From Candidatus Poribacteria bacterium (GTDB lineage: Bacteria; Poribacteria; WGA-4E; WGA-3G), in NCBI GenBank assembly GCA_965214095.1, contig OZ243938.1, forward strand, positions 544,001-608,000: a stretch of 64,000 nt of DNA, given 5' to 3'. The position numbers and the translations under genes are program-made. The notes under the pieces were generated by a model. The model searched no databases. It saw only the letters and a program-made list of their open reading frames with translations, and had not been told where the DNA came from. Position 1 is the first letter of the stretch. Each line of letters starts with the position of its first letter. This document shows positions 59,619 to 64,000 of this stretch, in pieces.

Positions 59619-60077
59619 TTAATTTCTCAGTAGCAATGAAAGAGCAAAAACAACTGAACCCGATAACAGTGTTAGATATCCAAGAACATTGACATGTGTA
59701 GGTACAGTGATTGAACTGTCAGGCTCCACTGCTTCAAGGTGTTTGCGATATAATGAACTGTATAATCCCCAGCAAAGTGCCATAATGCCAAATGCTGCCA
59801 ATTTTGCTGCAGAATATATCATATACTCCGATTCTACTTGCATATTATTATTCCACGCAACAATGAAAATTACAATACCACCTGTCAATAGAATGATGTT
59901 TATTGTCAATCGCATTGCACCTTGAAAGCGATTGTGAATGTCTAACAACACATTTGCTTGGAGTTTTTTCTGGCCTAAAGGTATTGCTATGAAAGAATAA
60001 AAGAACACGCCTCCGAACCATAAGATTGCTGCGATTAGATGTATACATCGGAGGGAAAGTTCAACGACTTGGCGCAT
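59619..60077 (-). CDS. 4-TM membrane protein (CopD/DUF4149-like)
   Basis: IHLIAAILWFGG motif and four hydrophobic helices. Confidence 0.7.
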   Translation of the reverse strand: MRQVVELSLRCIHLIAAILWFGGVFFYSFIAIPLGQKKLQANVLLDIHNRFQGAMRLTINIILLTGGIVIFIVAWNNNMQVESEYMIYSAAKLAAFGIMALCWGLYSSLYRKHLEAVEPDSSITVPTHVNVLGYLTLLSGSVVFALSLLLRN

Positions 60078-60119
60078 TGGTTGATATTGACTGGCTTATC
60101 CTTTTTATATTATATGAGA

Positions 60120-60434
60120 TTATACATCATCACATCTCTCATAAAAACTAACCCCATGAAGTTCAATTTGTGCTACCATATCTGGATTTCCTATTTTACT
60201 AAAATCGGATATGTCAATTGTATAGGGTAGAAGCAGATCATCAAGATCAAAGTCAATTTTAGTGAGTACGCTGTGTGTTAATCCTTCACCACAGAATGTT
60301 AGGTCAATGTCAGAGCCGTTTCGATATGTACCCGTTGCACGTGATCCATACAAAATTGCTTTATAAATCTGTGGATACTTTTGAAAGACACTATGTATTT
60401 TTTCAATAGTGCTGTCTGATAATCCGTATTTCAT
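60120..60434 (-). CDS. Minimal nucleotidyltransferase (MNT antitoxin)
   Basis: LYGSRA...SDIDL. Confidence 0.9.
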   Translation of the reverse strand: MKYGLSDSTIEKIHSVFQKYPQIYKAILYGSRATGTYRNGSDIDLTFCGEGLTHSVLTKIDFDLDDLLLPYTIDISDFSKIGNPDMVAQIELHGVSFYERCDDV

Positions 60435-60439
60435 AAAAA

Positions 60440-60853
60440 CTATTCCTGTTCAAGTTGTTTTAATCTTGCTAACAACGTCTCAAACTCAGAGTAATAAATA
60501 TTGAGAATTGCCAATACCACCTCTTCTGCGGTATCTTCATTATATGTATGGGTTGTTAGATTACGATGTCGTATCATATCCATCCAGGCTTCTCCATTTT
60601 CGATTATTCCTTCTTTGAATGCTGCACGTGTTGTATCGCGAGAACCATAAAGTTTGAAATCTTGTGATTGAAGAAAATCCTTGAGGGTATTCCATGCTAA
60701 TTCATGAGTATATACAAATCCTTGTATCAAACCCTGGGCTTCTAAATCAGAGAGTTCCCGTTTCTTAGCAAGGTCTACAGCTTCCTTTAGTCGAGAAAAC
60801 GCTTTACGAAAACTATCAGCTCTCTGTTTCCAGCGGTTGGTAGGAAGGTTCAT
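60440..60853 (-). CDS. HEPN / nucleotidyltransferase substrate-binding protein (HI0074-like)
   Basis: RWKQR, ELAW and RNLTTHTY (Rx4H) motifs. Confidence 0.9.
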   Translation of the reverse strand: MNLPTNRWKQRADSFRKAFSRLKEAVDLAKKRELSDLEAQGLIQGFVYTHELAWNTLKDFLQSQDFKLYGSRDTTRAAFKEGIIENGEAWMDMIRHRNLTTHTYNEDTAEEVVLAILNIYYSEFETLLARLKQLEQE

Positions 60854-60911
60854 TGTGTACTCACATTTTATCTAAAATGAAACTGTATAGGATTTGAATA
60901 AGCGTTTAGAA

Positions 60912-61430
60912 CTACATTGGAAAGTTTCCGCGTGCTGCATCCATTACTTCAGCAGTAATTTCAGTATGTCCATTGTCTTTGGCAAAACCTTCAATTCCCA
61001 TTTTCGCCATCGGACGCACAAAACTTGGGATTCGCTCTAACCGTTCCAATGCTTCTGGAGTCCATTTTACTCCATCAGGTTCTGGTTCTGCTTGCTCCTC
61101 AAAAGCATCCGAGATAACTGAGGTAAAGGGACATTTACCGCCTTCTTCTGATTTGCTTATGTCTGTGTCAAAGGTAGTATCAGTCATCATATCTGGTTTA
61201 GAGGTCTCTAACTGTGAACGTATCAACTGCATTGGTTGAGCTGCAGCGTTACTTCCCCCGAGTTTCAGGTCTAAGGATTTCAACATCTGTGTTTCTGAAG
61301 GGTTTAGGAACATAGCAATCTCAGTGAAACACTCTGGACACTCAAATACTGCGGTGACAGATCCCTGTTCAGGTTGGGTTACGTCTTTGAATTTCATTGC
61401 CGTGTCGCAGTCTATACATAGGAATTTCAT
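60912..61430 (-). CDS. Zn-ribbon + CPF + PCP_red-like domain protein
   Basis: CIDC...CPEC, GKCPF, and WTPEALERLERIPSFVRPMAK. Confidence 0.85.
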   Translation of the reverse strand: MKFLCIDCDTAMKFKDVTQPEQGSVTAVFECPECFTEIAMFLNPSETQMLKSLDLKLGGSNAAAQPMQLIRSQLETSKPDMMTDTTFDTDISKSEEGGKCPFTSVISDAFEEQAEPEPDGVKWTPEALERLERIPSFVRPMAKMGIEGFAKDNGHTEITAEVMDAARGNFPM

Positions 61431-61466
61431 CTTCTCACTCCATTATTCTCTATAAATGCTAAAAAA

Positions 61467-62339
61467 CTAAATTTTGAAGAAATCTTGTATCTTCTGAGAT
61501 ACCTCTGATATGGATTTACTTGCTAAAGATTTCGGGTATTCGTGGACATAAGGTGTACCGTTGTCGTTACATAAAGACAACTTTGGATCGAAAGGTATCT
61601 TTCCAAGGAGCATTTGCTGAAACGATGTATCATCAGCAGAAAAGAGTTGTTCGTGTTCACCGCAGTGCTGGCATACATAGAATGCCATATTTTCAACAAC
61701 TCCAATGATTGGCACGTTGAGTATGTCACTTGCCATAGAAATAGATTTCTTTACGATCAGGTTTGACACATCGGAAGGAATGGTTACAACGACGACACCA
61801 CCGAGATTTGGAATGAGTTCAACAACATTTGGTAAACGATCAGAACCTGGTGGCAGATCAAGCAGTAGAAAATCTAACGCTCCCCAATCAGTGTCACCGA
61901 TAAACTCCCTTAATGCTCCTACTTCCATAGTGCTACGCCATGTGAATGCATCCTTTTGGGTGTGCGCGTTCCATAATACTGGTGCATCATCGTCTGATAG
62001 GAGTAGATCCATTGAAATGACTTTTGTACCGAGTGATGTTATAGCCGGTTTGACACCAGATTCAACATACTCAAGCGAGGTGTTTCGAACACCCATCATT
62101 TTGGCGATCGTAGGTCCGTTGATATCAGCATCAACAACACCGACAGCAAAACCAGATAATGTTAGGGCAGTCGCAAGGTTTACCGTTACAGCACTCTTTC
62201 CGACTCCTCCTTTTCCACTCATAATTGTGATGGTATGTTTCACCGATGCCAGGCGCGTACTGATTCGGTTCGCTTGTGCGGTGACTTGTCCAATTATGTT
62301 AGAACCTGCATCCTTTGGGAGTTCCTCGTAAGTTTTCAT
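61467..62339 (-). CDS. Mrp/ApbC/NBP35 Fe-S carrier ATPase
   Basis: SGKGGVGKS, DADINGP, DLPPG and ENM..CQHC motifs. Confidence 0.92.
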   Translation of the reverse strand: MKTYEELPKDAGSNIIGQVTAQANRISTRLASVKHTITIMSGKGGVGKSAVTVNLATALTLSGFAVGVVDADINGPTIAKMMGVRNTSLEYVESGVKPAITSLGTKVISMDLLLSDDDAPVLWNAHTQKDAFTWRSTMEVGALREFIGDTDWGALDFLLLDLPPGSDRLPNVVELIPNLGGVVVVTIPSDVSNLIVKKSISMASDILNVPIIGVVENMAFYVCQHCGEHEQLFSADDTSFQQMLLGKIPFDPKLSLCNDNGTPYVHEYPKSLASKSISEVSQKIQDFFKI

Positions 62340-63610
62340 TCTATCTTGCCGATTGCATACAAGGCATCATAACTCCGTAAATAGAGAGTGCCATCAGCAA
62401 CAATAGGTGATGCAGCAACGGCTTCATCTATTGAATTGGTCGCCACGACTTCAAATTCGCGTCCTGCCTTAACAACTGTGACAACACCGTCACGAGCTGT
62501 TAGGTAGATATTGCCATTAGCATAGACAGGTGAAGATCGATGACGATGGTTATGTGTTCGTTCCTCATAGAGTTTTTCACCTGTTTTGGCATCAAGACAG
62601 ATAAGTACACCGTTTTCTCGGCAAAGGTAGACTAAGCCATCGTGAATAAGTGGGGATGGCACATCAGGCGTTCCACGTCCAAGTTTCCATATCTGCCATT
62701 CGCTTTCCGTTATGTCACCTTGACCAGATGGGTCTAAACCCAGTACAGGACCATTTTTTGCCGATGGAACAACTATGAGTCCTTCAGTTGCTACTGGAGA
62801 GGCAACGAGTCGGAAGGAAGTATTATACCTTTGTTTAGCGTTTAGTCCACCACATCGCCAAATCTCACTACCATCATCAAGACTATGTGCGGTAACATAA
62901 TCTGCACCATGAACAATGAGTAATTCTCTCTCTGCATCTTTATATAATATTGGCGAGGTGTATGCATGTTCACATTCTGCCCTTGCGTCACTTTTCCTGT
63001 CGTGCATCCATATCTCTTCACCTGTCATCTTATCAAGTGCAAGAACTAACCATGCGTTGCTGTGGATGAGTTGAAGGTATAATCTGTCTTTGTATAGCAG
63101 CGGAGTCATTGACATCAGGAAACCGAGTCTAAAATTACCATATCGTTCCTCAATATTTGTCTTCCATATACTATTTCCTTCAAAATCGTAGCAAACAAGA
63201 TCCCCTGTTCCGAGAAATGCCCAAACATATTTACCATCGGTTGTGGGAGAAGGAGCAGCATAGTTGACTTCATCGCCTCGTTTAGTACGATTGCCTTCTG
63301 CTAATGTGCGTTTCCATAATTCTTCGCCATCTGTGTTGATACACATCAGAACTAATTCCATGCCATCTGCACATGTCAGAAAAATCTTATCATTCCAAAC
63401 AACAGGAGTAGATGCGCCTTCACCCGGTAATGGAAGTCTCCAACGTACATTCTCAGTCTGACTCCACTGAATTGGCACATCAGTTTCATTGCTGATTCCG
63501 TCATTGTTTGCCCCTCTCCACTGATGCCAGTTTTCAGAAAAACAGTCATCTATTGGTATGAGAGATAATATAAGGATTATAACCAAATTACTGATTAACA
63601 GTTTCCGCAT
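62336..63610 (-). CDS. Secreted PQQ-like beta-propeller protein
   Basis: WHQWRG and repeated SP...W blades. Likely ATG at 63610 after GGAGG; ATGA-coupled to Mrp. Confidence 0.88.
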   Translation of the reverse strand: MRKLLISNLVIILILSLIPIDDCFSENWHQWRGANNDGISNETDVPIQWSQTENVRWRLPLPGEGASTPVVWNDKIFLTCADGMELVLMCINTDGEELWKRTLAEGNRTKRGDEVNYAAPSPTTDGKYVWAFLGTGDLVCYDFEGNSIWKTNIEERYGNFRLGFLMSMTPLLYKDRLYLQLIHSNAWLVLALDKMTGEEIWMHDRKSDARAECEHAYTSPILYKDAERELLIVHGADYVTAHSLDDGSEIWRCGGLNAKQRYNTSFRLVASPVATEGLIVVPSAKNGPVLGLDPSGQGDITESEWQIWKLGRGTPDVPSPLIHDGLVYLCRENGVLICLDAKTGEKLYEERTHNHRHRSSPVYANGNIYLTARDGVVTVVKAGREFEVVATNSIDEAVAASPIVADGTLYLRSYDALYAIGKIE

Positions 63611-63773
63611 GATATTCCTCCATTTTCTCGGAATGCAAATAAAAGTAACTATTTCATTGTCTCTACCTTCGTCTATTTGTATATTTGTCACCTAACTTTT
63701 ACCTTGATTATGTTTATATTAAGATAGCATATTCTGAATGAATATGCTATGTATTTGTTGTATATTATAGTGA

Positions 63774-63876
63774 TATAGTGAATTATAAATATAAGTTAAC
63801 ACTTTCACCCCACGGTAGGCGAGGTTTCCTAACCTCGCTGATGCAGAGTGTTCAAGTAATTTCAAAATCTACCATA
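63774..63876. mobile_element. 103-bp MITE with single REP (copy 3 of 3)
   Basis: Near-identical to the 21083 and 24262 copies. Confidence 0.85.
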
Positions 63877-63895
63877 AATCAGATACGATTTCGAT

Positions 63896-64000
63896 TTATT
63901 CTGTATTTTCTGGTTGTTCAACTTGATAGTACTCACCTAACACTTCATTAGCAAGACTTCTCCCATCTTCAATGACCCGTGCAGCGAAATCTAGAGATAT
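63896..64000 (-). CDS. C-terminal end of a gene starting beyond the window
   Basis: Open frame ISLDFAARVIEDGRSLANEVLGEYYQVEQPENTE-TAA. Confidence 0.6.
   Translation of the reverse strand: MSLDFAARVIEDGRSLANEVLGEYYQVEQPENTE

Noticed and set aside
57104-61430. Chlorophyll biosynthesis (DPOR) genes
   Set aside because: Only the small PCP_red-like module is present; no BchN/BchB catalytic or BchL sequence.

Overview
This is a gene-dense, AT-rich bacterial chromosomal window with about 60 CDS. I saw no rRNA, tRNA or CRISPR array. The gene content points to Candidatus Poribacteria (inference): secreted proteins ending in a VEPxxKxxxxWGxxK motif, three PhyH dioxygenases, a sulfatase, a Uma2 nuclease, and TPR and PQQ-propeller proteins. 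Housekeeping genes include map, ccmC, gmhA, nfi, mtnP, argS, moeA, acs, cysK and cysH. Main signals missed by the ORF track: (1) Three genes continue through an in-frame TGA at a Cys-type position, each followed by a stem-loop, so they are probable selenoproteins. They are an ArsC/thioredoxin-like UxxC protein (3942-4286), a rhodanese with TGA at the catalytic residue (40149-40982), and a PCP_red-domain protein with a candidate C-terminal U-x-C tail (57029-57517). (2) The third lies in an uncharacterised minus-strand cluster where three different proteins (radical SAM/SPASM enzyme, Zn-ribbon protein, the candidate selenoprotein) carry the same PCP_red-like C-terminal module next to an Mrp/ApbC Fe-S ATPase. 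This is the best candidate for an undescribed system. (3) Many intergenic spaces hold MITE-like elements of several terminal-repeat families that carry GTAG-type REP hairpins as cargo. Some share ends with a decayed IS630 copy in the window, and one is nested inside another. All assignments come from reading motifs by eye; no searches were run.
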